DNA of 64,000 nt from a virus. A program made the position numbers and the translations under genes. The DNA is taken from positions 1 to 64,000 of IMG/VR virus record IMGVR_UViG_3300037225_000856; one strand, 5' to 3'. How positions within the stretch are numbered: the stretch's first letter is position 1; the number at the start of each line of letters is the position of its first letter. Positions 38,635 through 49,195 of this stretch are shown here, piece by piece. The notes below the pieces were generated by a model that saw only the letters and a program-made list of their open reading frames with translations, had not been told where the DNA came from and searched no databases.

Positions 38635-41025
38635 TTATAAGGTTTTTTCTTCTTCATCCTTAATACCCTCTTCTTTACACCATCTTTGTACTGTTCTTAA
38701 CTCTACATCACCTATTCTTCCCCATAATTCTTTCTCTTTTGGATATTGTTTACAGGCTTCAAGACATGCTTTCTTTTGATCACTGGTGACTTTTTTTCTT
38801 CCATCCATTTTTTGCTTGTCAACCATTTGTCTTGGTATATCAAATAAAAGTGCTAAATATTCGTTGGTATAGCCTAATAATTGCATTTTTATTATAGTAT
38901 CGTTTCGAACTGAAATACTCATATTTTTATATTTTTGTTGTTCAATACCAAACATCAATCTGACGAATGCTTCACGATAACTATTCATAATAATATCTGA
39001 AAGTTCTTTTGCTCGTGGGTCAACTGGCAATTTATCGTTACTAACCCAATCAGTAGGCATCTTATCGTTAAGAAACCCCAAATCAAAAGTATAATATTTT
39101 TCATAATGATAAAGTGCTGAAAATATCAATATTAATCGTTTATGCATTATCCACATACGTTTAATAACATCAGTGTTAAATTTATAAATATATTTAACAT
39201 TTTTTTCAAATTCTGAATATTCTTCAAATAATTTAGTGTCCATTTCTTCACCTAAATCCAAATAAAGTGATTCTTTTAAATCATTTAAACCTTTCCAAAG
39301 TTGAAAAAAATTAGTTTTATTTGTTTCTATCATTTCATTGATGAACTCGATAAGAACATTTTCATCTTTTTGCCTTAATTCATTTAGACTATTAATTTCG
39401 AAAGCTAAAAATCTTGATAGTAAACCATTGTCAACGTTAGCATTTGCAAAGAAATTATATGCTGTTTCAGGTGTTGAAGCTAATGTCATTGACAGATATG
39501 TTTCATTAATTACAAATTTACTATCGGCAAGATTTTTTTGATATCTCTCATGTCCCCAACATGCTAATATAAGATCAAGAAAAGCACCATATCTCGTATT
39601 ATTTGCACCAATAAGTGTTGCAGCTTCAGTTGTAGAAATAATTGCTCTACCATTGTTCTTTTTGAGTTCTTTTACAAATCCTGCTTTGGTTACATCAGCA
39701 CCAATAAATAAACTTCGATATACTGGCGCATGTTCCATAAAAGGTTTATTCTCTGCAAGTGCTTGTGCTTCTTTAGTTTTAAAATCACGATACTCTGCTG
39801 CATTTTGTCTGTCAATTTTTTCTTCAATTTTTGCACAAATTTTTTGCATTTCATTAATGGTGTTTTTTCCTGTTGATTGTTTAGCTATAACCCACATGAA
39901 TAAATTTGCCTCATATTCATATGACCCAAAATGTTTAAATTTAAGATTTGGTAATATTCCACTAACATTTGAAATTCCTGAAAGTAATGCCATAAATTTT
40001 GGTACATCAGTGAATTTCATTAATGGTATTTTTAACATACTTGGTAGTTTACTATATAATTCAATAGGTGGTAATATTACATCATTTTTTATTTTTTGAT
40101 TAACAAGTTTAGCAATTGCTTCTTTTGCTCGTATAAGATATTTGTTAATTCCTGATTTATCACCGTTAAAATCTCTTAAAATAATATTATATTTATCATC
40201 ACATTCACTGTAATTATATTTATCTGATACTGAACATATATTATGATAAATTTGACGACCTTCCTCACCAAACGTGCAGAGACTAAAACCATAAGACAAC
40301 CAATCATCATAACTTTCAGTTAAATTTATTTTATTTTGTACAAGAAAAACTGACATATAAAAACATTCCTGATATAATTCATCAGAAATTTCAGTTTTTT
40401 TATACCCAGCAATTTCACCTTTTTCAAATTCATTTAATTTTTCAAATATATTTTCGAATTTTCCAGTATAATTCCATTCCCAACTATCTTCTTTTTGATA
40501 AAGATTATCAATATATGGAATATAGCACATTCTACTGATGTCCTTACCACTTTTATCAGTAACTAAATAATATTTATTTGCAAAATATTCCTCAAGTTCC
40601 TGATATAAATATTGCCATTTTAAAGGGTCTTTTAGATTATGTTTAACAACTACTTTCAAGCCGTCACCACTCGGACTTATAAATAACAAATATGTTTGAA
40701 TATCATTTTCAAGTTCTTGACGAACTTCCTCTAGACGTTCTACATGATCAAAATCAAGAACAATAAGTCCACTCATTTCTAATAAGTCTTCACTCTTACC
40801 AGTACCTCCAAATGTGCCACCAAATGTTATAGCTGAAAATAATTCTAATTTTTGTTGGCTGATTTCTTTTCTGGTTGCTTTAGGATTGTCTTTTAAAAAT
40901 TTTTTATATGTATTGGTGTTTTGTTTTAATTTTGAATCACTTGTTGCCCATGTTAAAATTTTATTTAAATCTGCAGGACGATGATCAGGACGATTATTAA
41001 CCTTTTTAAAATATTCTACTTTCAT
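38635..41025 (-). CDS. Primase-helicase: VirE/BT4734-like N-terminal domain, PriCT-2 and DUF3987-like P-loop domain
   Basis: SGLIVLDFDH, FISPSGDGLK, DKSGKDISRMC; YDDW...GFSL...S.KY; AKQSTGK, NGLLSRF; C-terminal HTH. Confidence 0.82.
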   Translation of the reverse strand: MKVEYFKKVNNRPDHRPADLNKILTWATSDSKLKQNTNTYKKFLKDNPKATRKEISQQKLELFSAITFGGTFGGTGKSEDLLEMSGLIVLDFDHVERLEEVRQELENDIQTYLLFISPSGDGLKVVVKHNLKDPLKWQYLYQELEEYFANKYYLVTDKSGKDISRMCYIPYIDNLYQKEDSWEWNYTGKFENIFEKLNEFEKGEIAGYKKTEISDELYQECFYMSVFLVQNKINLTESYDDWLSYGFSLCTFGEEGRQIYHNICSVSDKYNYSECDDKYNIILRDFNGDKSGINKYLIRAKEAIAKLVNQKIKNDVILPPIELYSKLPSMLKIPLMKFTDVPKFMALLSGISNVSGILPNLKFKHFGSYEYEANLFMWVIAKQSTGKNTINEMQKICAKIEEKIDRQNAAEYRDFKTKEAQALAENKPFMEHAPVYRSLFIGADVTKAGFVKELKKNNGRAIISTTEAATLIGANNTRYGAFLDLILACWGHERYQKNLADSKFVINETYLSMTLASTPETAYNFFANANVDNGLLSRFLAFEINSLNELRQKDENVLIEFINEMIETNKTNFFQLWKGLNDLKESLYLDLGEEMDTKLFEEYSEFEKNVKYIYKFNTDVIKRMWIMHKRLILIFSALYHYEKYYTFDLGFLNDKMPTDWVSNDKLPVDPRAKELSDIIMNSYREAFVRLMFGIEQQKYKNMSISVRNDTIIKMQLLGYTNEYLALLFDIPRQMVDKQKMDGRKKVTSDQKKACLEACKQYPKEKELWGRIGDVELRTVQRWCKEEGIKDEEEKTL

Positions 41026-41051
41026 GTGTTTTTTTTTAGTTTTTAATATCT

Positions 41052-41059
41052 CAAAGATA
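41052..41059 (-). promoter_or_regulatory. Bacteroidota-type -7 element for the primase-helicase gene
   Basis: CAAAGATA on + reads TATCTTTG on -, 27 nt upstream of the start codon. Confidence 0.6.
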
Positions 41060-41353
41060 ATTTCTTTTAAAACTACTTCCTAATGTTTTTAAAAATAAAA
41101 CGACAGACGACATATTTTTTTTTAGTCATATTCTTACATATGATACGACACATGTCATAAAATGACCACAAAATTATCATATATATAATAATATAATAAA
41201 GAAGAAGAAAGGGTATGACATATGATTTTATTCATAATAATGGAATATTTTATAATAAAAATTATTATTTGTTTTTCTTAATTATTTAAATTATCTTTGT
41301 ATTTATTATTTTAAATAAAATATAATAAGAAATTTAATAAATTAATAATATAT

Positions 41354-41426
<73 letters not shown>

Positions 41427-41494
41427 CAAAAAACTTCGGTTTATAATATTTTTCGTAAATCGATTCTTAGCGAAATCAGGATTCTATCTGATTT

Positions 41495-41530
41495 AAACCT
41501 CACAGGTGAAAACTTGTGAGGTTTTCTTAT
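41495..41530 (+). terminator. Intrinsic terminator after the tRNA
   Basis: AAACCTCACAGG-tgaaaa-CTTGTGAGGTTT followed by a T-rich tract. Confidence 0.8.
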
Positions 41531-41635
41531 TTTATTATGTTTTTAATCAAAAACTTTTGTATTTATTATAAATGAAACCGAACCGAAAAGTTCGGTTGAT
41601 GCAATTAAGGGTACGGTTATGTAGATACAGAGATT

Positions 41636-42727
41636 ATGAAGGGATTAACAACATATGAATTTATAATGAAAGCAGGATTTGTGCATGGTGATAGGTATGA
41701 TTATTCTAAAGTTGATTATATTAATAATAGGACAATGGTAGATATTATATGCAAAGAACATGGATTATTTCAACAAAATGCTTCAAACCATCTTGCTGGT
41801 CAGAATTGTCCTATTTGTATGGGTAGGGGAAAAGGTAATAGTGAGAGATTTATTAATGCTGCAAAACAAAAACATGAAGATAAATATGATTATTCTTTAG
41901 TTAAATATAAAGGTAGTAAATCTAAAATAAATATTATTTGTAAAGAACATGGTGTTTTCGAGCAAAGACCCACAAGACATTTATGCGGTGATGGTTGTCC
42001 TAAATGCAATGGTGGTGTTAAATCAAATCATAATGAATTTATTCAGAAGGCAAATGTTATACATGATAATAAATATGATTATTCATTAGTTGATTATATT
42101 AATTCAATAACAAAGGTTAAAATAATTTGTAAAAAACATGGTATTTTTGAAATGAAACCAAATTCTCATTTATGTGGACAAGGTTGCTATATGTGTGGTA
42201 TTGAAAAAAATACTCATACCACAGCACAATTTATTGAAAAAGCACAAAAAATTCACGGTAATATATATGATTATAACTTAGTTGATTATATTCATAATAA
42301 CATAAAAATAAAAATAATTTGTCGTGAACATGGAATTTTTGAACAAAAACCCTATTCGCATTTAAATGGTAGAGGTTGTTCTAAATGTAAAACCAAATCA
42401 AAAGGTGAATTATTTATTGCCAATTGGCTAAGTCAAAATGTTATTAGTTTCGAAGTTCAAAAATCATTTATTGATTGTAAAAATGTGCTGCCTTTAAGAT
42501 ATGATTTTTATTTACCTAAATATAATATGCTTATTGAATATGACGGTGAACCCCATTTTAGAGAAGTTGCTTATTTGGGCGGTAAAAGAGGTTTTGAATT
42601 AAGACAAACCAATGATAAATTAAAAACAGATTATGCAATAAACAATAACATTAATTTATTGCGTATTCCTTATACTGAAAGAAAATGTCTTTCAAAAATA
42701 TTAAAAAATAATATTGTAACTACTTAA
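41636..42727 (+). mobile_element. Homing endonuclease with four zinc-binding repeats (DUF723/CapR-like) and a Vsr/DUF559-like nuclease domain
   Basis: Four copies of YDY..V.Y...IIC..HG.F......HL.G..C..C, then SKGE, YDFYLP, IEYDG..H, LLRIPY. Confidence 0.82.
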
Positions 42728-42739
42728 TAATCAAAGCAT

Positions 42740-43861
42740 ATGACCTTCTTCAGTCGTCCCGATCTCAGTTCGGTCCAATTTAAACAATTACCCGATTCAA
42801 TATTAAATTTGTCTGGTCAAACCCGAATAGAAACAACAACAGGTTTAACACTTGCAAATGGTAGTGGCAGCACTATTATTATTAATGCAAAAGGTAGTGA
42901 TCTTGTTGGTAATGTATTAACTTTTGATGGCACTGAAATTAAATTAATGCCATCTACATCATCGGGTATTGTAGTATATAATCCGCCATATAGATCGCCA
43001 GCATCTATAACATTAGGTGGAATTATTACTGGAACTACGCTTACAGGAAGAACAATATCTTCAATTATTGAACAATTATTAGTTCCAACAGTAAATCCTA
43101 CTTTAAAAGCACCTTCAAGCACATTTAATGTTTCATTATCAAACCCATATGAAATAGGTTCTATTGTAAGTGTAGTTGGTTGTACATGTCTTAGTGTAGG
43201 TTCTATTAATCCACAATATTCTTCAGCGTCATCATGCAGAAGTAATGGTGCAATATCGCATAATTATATTGATTTTAATGGTGGTACTTGTAGTTGTTTT
43301 GGAAATACATGTACTTGTACACGCTCATTACCAGCATATACGGTTGTTGCAGGTATAAGAACAGCATATGGTTCTGTTTCATATTGTGCAGGTGTTCAAC
43401 CTAAAAATAATTGCGGTTCAAACTATTTAAGTCCATTAACTTCTGGAACTACAACTCCAATAGGTGTTATTGTTTGTGGTTTATATCCATATTTTTATGG
43501 CAAAGTTGCAAGTGGTGGTTGTCCTGCAGGTGTTAATAGACCAACACCAACGTGTGCATTGGTAATTAGCGGAACAAAATGTGTTTGTGACAGTAGTAGT
43601 ATTATATATATTAATTTTAATAGTACCTCAGATGATTATTTGTTTTTTGCAATACCAAGTGCTTCAGCAGCTAAAACATGTTGGTATATAAATGCACTTA
43701 ATAATGGTGCAATTGGTGGTGCAGTAAGTGCTGGTGGTAATTTATTCCCAGCACTTGCTTCTGTGAATCCAGTAACAACAGCATGTTGGGCAGGTCAAAC
43801 ATATAATGTTTATATAAGTAATTATCAATCGGCAGTAAATACATTAATGACAATATATTAA
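42740..43861 (+). CDS. Virion fibre-associated protein, copy A (Cys-rich C-terminal two thirds)
   Basis: S/T/G-rich. It shares PY.(Y/W)G...RPT.TCA.VI.GTK...INFNS...DYL.FAIP...AKTCW..N..NNGAIGG.VS...NLFPA with 48147..49136. Confidence 0.6.
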   Translation: MTFFSRPDLSSVQFKQLPDSILNLSGQTRIETTTGLTLANGSGSTIIINAKGSDLVGNVLTFDGTEIKLMPSTSSGIVVYNPPYRSPASITLGGIITGTTLTGRTISSIIEQLLVPTVNPTLKAPSSTFNVSLSNPYEIGSIVSVVGCTCLSVGSINPQYSSASSCRSNGAISHNYIDFNGGTCSCFGNTCTCTRSLPAYTVVAGIRTAYGSVSYCAGVQPKNNCGSNYLSPLTSGTTTPIGVIVCGLYPYFYGKVASGGCPAGVNRPTPTCALVISGTKCVCDSSSIIYINFNSTSDDYLFFAIPSASAAKTCWYINALNNGAIGGAVSAGGNLFPALASVNPVTTACWAGQTYNVYISNYQSAVNTLMTIY

Positions 43862-43886
43862 TAATAAAAATTAAAAATATAAAAAA

Positions 43887-46802
43887 ATGGCAATAATATT
43901 AAATGATAATCTTAAAATAAATGCAGGTAAACCAATTGATTCGAGATATTTAACAACTGGAAATACTATATATACTTCAACTGGTGCAACCAATTCAGCA
44001 ATTCCAATTCCTTTAAGGTATACTGGTTTAACAGTTAATATTTTAGGCACTGAATATTGGTATAAAACTGGCGTTGCTGACATTAATTTAATTCAGAAAA
44101 TATATAATAGTATAATACCAATAGGTAATTTTATTACTGGTGCGACAAATATTGGATTTTTTAGTGGACATACAAGTATTCAAACACTTAATATTACAAC
44201 ATCAAGTGGCATAATTGGAAATTATTTAGATTATACTGGTAGTTATTCTTCATTATATAATTATTATTATAGAGGTTTTGATCAAAAAATTCATATTGGT
44301 ACACCAAATGATAACATACCAAAAAGAGGTTATGTAAAAACAGTATTACCAGTTGAATCATGGATTTGGAATCAATATACTGGTGGTAGTGGAAATTTAC
44401 TTGGTTGGATTTTTGTTCAAGGTGATATTTCATTAAAAATTGGACAAACTGTAAATGGTGTGATATATTATACTGGTTCGTCTCAAGTTTATACACAAAC
44501 TGCATGGAGTGCTCCAGCTAATAATGGAGGAAAAGCAGTTATTAATTCAGTTCTTGGCAGTTTAACAACTGGTACTACAATAAGTATTGGAGGACCGGTT
44601 TTTGCCACTAAAACCAATAATGTATTGAATTTTAGAACAATTCAAAGTAAAACTCCAAATATATTGAATATAAGTTCTGATGAAGCATTTATTTATTTAT
44701 CTGGCACAACACAAGCAGCACAAATAAATCAAGGTATTAATATTGGTAGTGGCGTTGGTATTTATGGAGGTTTAAGTGGTACATCTCTTCAATTTAGAAG
44801 TATTGTTGGTAGTGGTAATACAACAGTTGGTTTAAATGGAAATACAGTCGCAATTTATTCAAGCGGTGGTGGTACAATTACAGGTGCAACAAATGGTTTA
44901 AATATTAACGGTAAAAATGTTCAATTAGGTGGCACTATAACTATACCTACAATAATAAAAGATTCGAGAATAGTGCCTGTTGGTATTGAATATGACAGTA
45001 ATTATAATGTTACATTTAGTAGTCGTTCATTAGTAGATAAAGCATACGTAGATGCTGTTGCAGCAGGACTTGTTCCTAAATTAGCTGTTGAAGTTGCAAC
45101 AACAAGTAATATTACATTAAGTGGCATTTTAACAATTGATGGTGTTTCTACAATAAATAATATGAGAGTATTAGTTAAAAATCAAATAAGTGGTCAAACG
45201 AATGGAATATATGTTGTTAATAGTGGTGGTACTTGGAGTCGTTCAATAGATTTTAATTTTGTTCCTTCTGGTGAAGTTGTTCAAGGTGTATTAGTACCTG
45301 TTATTAGCGGTAATACACAAAAAAATACTCTTTGGGTATTAGTAACACCAAATCCAATTATTAGCGGAGTTACTTCAATAATATTTGGTTTATTTAGTAG
45401 TTCAAATTTTATTGCAGGTACTGGTATAAATATTGGGGGTAGTACGATATCAACAGATACACTAACTCAATCAATAATTAATTCTGCAATTACTGGTGCT
45501 ACAAACGGGTTAACAAAAATTAGTAATAGAAAAGTTTGTCTTGGTGGTACATTAAGTGATGACGTTACTATTAATTTAAATTCATGTAAAATAAATTTTA
45601 TTAATGGTAGTGTAGTATCATGTGGTGCAACAAGTCACGGTTTTGATAGTTATAATGATTATAAATTGAGTGGTCAGACATTTATAAGTGTACCTAGTAA
45701 AAATTTTGCTTGTGGTAATTTAGCTGTTGGTTATCAAGCACTTTATAATAACACAACTGGTTATGGTAATTTAGCTATTGGTTATGGTGCACTTTTAAAT
45801 AATACTTGTGGTAATCGTAATATTGCAATTGGTTATAATGCACTTTGTTCTAATACAACAGGAAGTACTAATATTGCAATTGGTAATTATGCACTTTTAC
45901 GTAATATTTATGGTTGTAATAATATTGCAATTGGTTGTAGTGCACTTTCTTATAACACTTGTGGTTGCAATAACATTGCTAATGGTTATGGTACACTTTT
46001 ATGTAATAAATTTGGTTGTAATAATATTGCAATTGGTTGTAGTGCACTTCTTTATAATACTTGTGGTTGTAATAACATTGCTAATGGTGGTTTTGCACTT
46101 TATAATAATATTAGTGGTTCTTCTAATATTGCAATTGGATGTGGTACACTTTTATATAATAAATTTGGTTGTAATAATATTGCAATTGGTTATCAAACAC
46201 TTTGTAGTAATATAACTGGAAGTACTAATATTGCAATAGGATATACTGCAGGATATTATGAAACAGGTTCAAGTAAATTATATATTGCAAATTCATCCAC
46301 AACTCATCCATTAATTTTTGGTGATTTTTCAACTAACTGTGCAATAATTTACGGTGCATTTAAAACAAGTGGTGCTACATCACTCCTTGTAGCTCCTGCT
46401 GCTGGTACAACCTCTGATGCAATATTGGTTTGGAATAGTAGTGATAAGTTAATTAAAACAATGCCATATATAAGTGGTGGTACTGGCGGGGGTGATAAAA
46501 ATAATATATATTCCAAAACCATAATTACTGGCAATACATTATTAACAACAGGTAGCACATATGTGATATTAGCATCAGGCACTTCAATAACAATTACATT
46601 ACCTACAACACCACTTACCGGACAAGTATTTAAAATTAAAGATGCCTATGGCAATGCATTGACTAACAATATAATTATTAATGCTGGTTCAGGTAGAACA
46701 ATTGATGGCTCACAATGTGCATTAATTAATACAAATTATGGTGCTCTTGAACTTATGTTTGGTGCTACATGTAAATGGTTTAATTTGGCTTTTATTAACT
46801 AA
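43887..46802 (+). CDS. Tail fibre/spike-like protein, copy A
   Basis: LVDKAYVD, VATTSNITLSG..TIDGV...RVLVKNQ...NGIY fibre module; 14-aa NIAIG..AL..N repeats; ITLP...IKD C-terminal domain. Confidence 0.75.
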   Translation: MAIILNDNLKINAGKPIDSRYLTTGNTIYTSTGATNSAIPIPLRYTGLTVNILGTEYWYKTGVADINLIQKIYNSIIPIGNFITGATNIGFFSGHTSIQTLNITTSSGIIGNYLDYTGSYSSLYNYYYRGFDQKIHIGTPNDNIPKRGYVKTVLPVESWIWNQYTGGSGNLLGWIFVQGDISLKIGQTVNGVIYYTGSSQVYTQTAWSAPANNGGKAVINSVLGSLTTGTTISIGGPVFATKTNNVLNFRTIQSKTPNILNISSDEAFIYLSGTTQAAQINQGINIGSGVGIYGGLSGTSLQFRSIVGSGNTTVGLNGNTVAIYSSGGGTITGATNGLNINGKNVQLGGTITIPTIIKDSRIVPVGIEYDSNYNVTFSSRSLVDKAYVDAVAAGLVPKLAVEVATTSNITLSGILTIDGVSTINNMRVLVKNQISGQTNGIYVVNSGGTWSRSIDFNFVPSGEVVQGVLVPVISGNTQKNTLWVLVTPNPIISGVTSIIFGLFSSSNFIAGTGINIGGSTISTDTLTQSIINSAITGATNGLTKISNRKVCLGGTLSDDVTINLNSCKINFINGSVVSCGATSHGFDSYNDYKLSGQTFISVPSKNFACGNLAVGYQALYNNTTGYGNLAIGYGALLNNTCGNRNIAIGYNALCSNTTGSTNIAIGNYALLRNIYGCNNIAIGCSALSYNTCGCNNIANGYGTLLCNKFGCNNIAIGCSALLYNTCGCNNIANGGFALYNNISGSSNIAIGCGTLLYNKFGCNNIAIGYQTLCSNITGSTNIAIGYTAGYYETGSSKLYIANSSTTHPLIFGDFSTNCAIIYGAFKTSGATSLLVAPAAGTTSDAILVWNSSDKLIKTMPYISGGTGGGDKNNIYSKTIITGNTLLTTGSTYVILASGTSITITLPTTPLTGQVFKIKDAYGNALTNNIIINAGSGRTIDGSQCALINTNYGALELMFGATCKWFNLAFIN
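45712..46260 (+). repeat. Coding 42-bp (14-aa) tandem repeats, N(I/L)A(I/N)G..(A/T)L..N..G
   Basis: About 13 degenerate copies of AATATTGCAATTGGT...GCACTT. Confidence 0.85.
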
Positions 46803-46893
46803 TAATTTATAATTTATAATTTATTGGTGATAATAATTAAAATGAAAATTATTATATTCTTATTTTTTTCTTGTAAATTGAGTTTTTCATGAT

Positions 46894-46909
46894 TATCTTT
46901 GTATTTATA
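46894..46909 (+). promoter_or_regulatory. Composite host-type and late-type promoter for the GT9-like gene
   Basis: TATCTTTG is immediately followed by TATTTATA. The same composite occurs at 41292-41306 before the tRNA. Confidence 0.55.
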
Positions 46910-46946
46910 AAAAAATATAAAAAATTATAAATTAAATTAAAACTCA

Positions 46947-47885
46947 ATGATAGTAAACAGTAAAAAAACAGATAATGATAGGTATGTAATCGCTGAAATT
47001 TTTGGCGGACATGGAAAAACCATCGTTTCAACTGCAGTAATTCGTGCAATTAAGAAGCAGTATCCTGATTATAAAATAATTGTAATTGCCAGTTGGGATG
47101 GAAGTTTTTTTTATAATCCTGATGTTTTTAGGTTCTTTTTACAAAATCAAATACCACAATACTTCAAAGAGGATTATCTTAAAGAAGATACTATTATAAT
47201 GAAACATGATCCTTATAATGAAACAAATCATATTCTTAGAAAAGAACATCTGACTGAGACTTGGTGTAAAATGTTTAATGTACCTTATGATGGTTATAAA
47301 CCTAAAATCTATTTAAACCCACGTGAACTTGAAATAGCGAGAGATAAAATAAAACCAGATAATCGTCCTATTATGCTTCTCCAGACACACGGAGGAAGCA
47401 ATCAACAATATTCGAAAAAATCTTGGTATAGGGATATGCCTATAGAGACAGCGCAAAAATTAGTAAATTATTTTAATAAGTCCTACCGTATACTTCATAT
47501 TAAGTCACCAGAGCAACCAATTTTACAAGGTGTTGAACCTCTTACTTTACCATATAGAGAATTATATGCCGTATTTCCACTTTCAACAAAAAGACTGTTC
47601 ATAGATTCTTTTGCTCAACATGTTGCAGCAGCATTGGATTTACCAAGCACTGTTGTTTGGATTGGTAATTCACCCAAAGTATTTGGTTATCCTGAAAATA
47701 TAAATATATTGCCGAATGCGAATATTATAAACAATCTTGATAAATTTACATACTTAGTTGATGATATTTCTGGCATGGTGCAAGCCTTCCCGTATGATAC
47801 TGTTAATTTGTTCGATATAAATAAAATTATTGAAGCAGTAAACAAACAACCAGTTCCAGATGTTTCAAAGATGAATTTCATGTAA
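46947..47885 (+). CDS. GT9-like (ADP-heptose-dependent heptosyltransferase family) glycosyltransferase
   Basis: N-terminal GGHGK.I..TAVIRAIKKQYPDYKI, HLTE, P.IYL, K.W, and C-terminal IDSFAQHVAAALDLPSTVVW matching the GT9 DS..xH.AAA...P signature. Confidence 0.75.
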   Translation: MIVNSKKTDNDRYVIAEIFGGHGKTIVSTAVIRAIKKQYPDYKIIVIASWDGSFFYNPDVFRFFLQNQIPQYFKEDYLKEDTIIMKHDPYNETNHILRKEHLTETWCKMFNVPYDGYKPKIYLNPRELEIARDKIKPDNRPIMLLQTHGGSNQQYSKKSWYRDMPIETAQKLVNYFNKSYRILHIKSPEQPILQGVEPLTLPYRELYAVFPLSTKRLFIDSFAQHVAAALDLPSTVVWIGNSPKVFGYPENINILPNANIINNLDKFTYLVDDISGMVQAFPYDTVNLFDINKIIEAVNKQPVPDVSKMNFM

Positions 47886-47924
47886 AGAGAATTAGTCATC
47901 ATTTTTAATGTTGTTTATTTTTTT

Positions 47925-47953
47925 AAAAACCCATTGTTATCAGTGGGTTTTTT
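47925..47953 (+). terminator. Intrinsic terminator
   Basis: AAAAACCCATTG-ttat-CAGTGGGTTTTTT. Confidence 0.8.
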
Positions 47954-48146
47954 GTTTTGGTTGTCATTTGTCAATTATTGTTTTAAAAGTATTTATAGAC
48001 ATTAAGATTAATTAATGTGAAAATAATGGTTCAATTATATTTATATTAATATTTTAAAGCTGTAATGGTAATTATTAATTAATAAAAACTATTTATAAAT
48101 AACTAATTAAAACTATTTATAGATAGATGATTTAAATATAAAAAAT

Positions 48147-49136
48147 ATGGGTTCTAATACAAAGATAATTTTAAGTGATAGTAAAGCATATCAAACAACT
48201 GGTCAAACACTAACATTATCAGGACATACAAAAATAGCAACTGTCGGTGATTTAAAATATGTAACACATCCAACATTTAGTGAAGATACTCAAATTATTG
48301 ATAAAAAATACGTTGATGATAGTGTTGTAACTACAGGAAGTACTATATATAATTTAGTATCACCATCTACAGTCACTGTTGGCGGGTTGACATCTGGAAC
48401 TGTATTAACAGGTAAAACTTCAAATGAAATACTTAAAGAAATTTTAGTAATGTATTTATTACCTTCTTTCAGTAGTTTTTGTAATAATGTTAGTACTCCT
48501 CTTGAAGTTGGTACTACAATAAGTGGTTCAAAATCATTTAGTTTTGGTTTTGCTAATGCAGGTAATGTTTGTGCAAATACTTTATCTATCAGAGACGTTA
48601 GTATAGGCAGTAATATTGCAACTGCTTGTCCAATATCATCACCTCAATCTGCAACTATTAATGCAAAAACATTTGCTTCTTGTGGTAATACTCAAGTTTG
48701 GTGTGGCTGTGCTACAAATACATGTGGTGCTCAAATAGGTTCAAGTAGTTATACAATAACAGGATTGTTACCTTATTATTGGGGTGTGTGCACATGCCCG
48801 GGTGCTGCTGGTGCTGGTCGTCCAACAGCAACTTGCGCTATGGTAATTGGTGGAACTAAAATACTTGCAAGCAGTGAAGCAATAAGTATTAATTTTAATA
48901 GTGGTGTTAATGATTATTTATGGTTTGCAATTCCTGCAACCGTTGCTGCTAAGACTTGTTGGTGTGTAAATGGTATTAATAATGGTGCAATTGGTGGCGG
49001 AGTAAGTCCTGCATGTAATCTTTTCCCTGCTCCTAATTCAATTAGTGTTACTACTGCTTGTTGGAGTGGTTGTAATTATTGTGTTTATATTAGTAATAAA
49101 CAAACATGTGCAACATCATCAATGTCATTAACATAA
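48147..49136 (+). CDS. Virion fibre-associated protein, copy B (Cys-rich)
   Basis: Paralog of 42740..43861 (shared C-terminal ~115 aa); IIDKKYVD fibre motif. Confidence 0.6.
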   Translation: MGSNTKIILSDSKAYQTTGQTLTLSGHTKIATVGDLKYVTHPTFSEDTQIIDKKYVDDSVVTTGSTIYNLVSPSTVTVGGLTSGTVLTGKTSNEILKEILVMYLLPSFSSFCNNVSTPLEVGTTISGSKSFSFGFANAGNVCANTLSIRDVSIGSNIATACPISSPQSATINAKTFASCGNTQVWCGCATNTCGAQIGSSSYTITGLLPYYWGVCTCPGAAGAGRPTATCAMVIGGTKILASSEAISINFNSGVNDYLWFAIPATVAAKTCWCVNGINNGAIGGGVSPACNLFPAPNSISVTTACWSGCNYCVYISNKQTCATSSMSLT

Positions 49137-49144
49137 TAAAAATT

Positions 49145-49184
49145 AAAAGATATTTATAAAAACAAAAAGATATTTATAAAAACA
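49145..49184 (+). repeat. Perfect 20-bp tandem duplication containing the TATTTATA motif
   Basis: AAAAGATATTTATAAAAACA x2. Confidence 0.85.
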
Positions 49185-49195
49185 AAATATAGAAA

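Noticed and set aside
386-40099. Short opposite-strand or nested ORFs across the glycan, head and replication genes
   Set aside because: They lie within longer motif-bearing ORFs and have no recognisable motifs or promoters.
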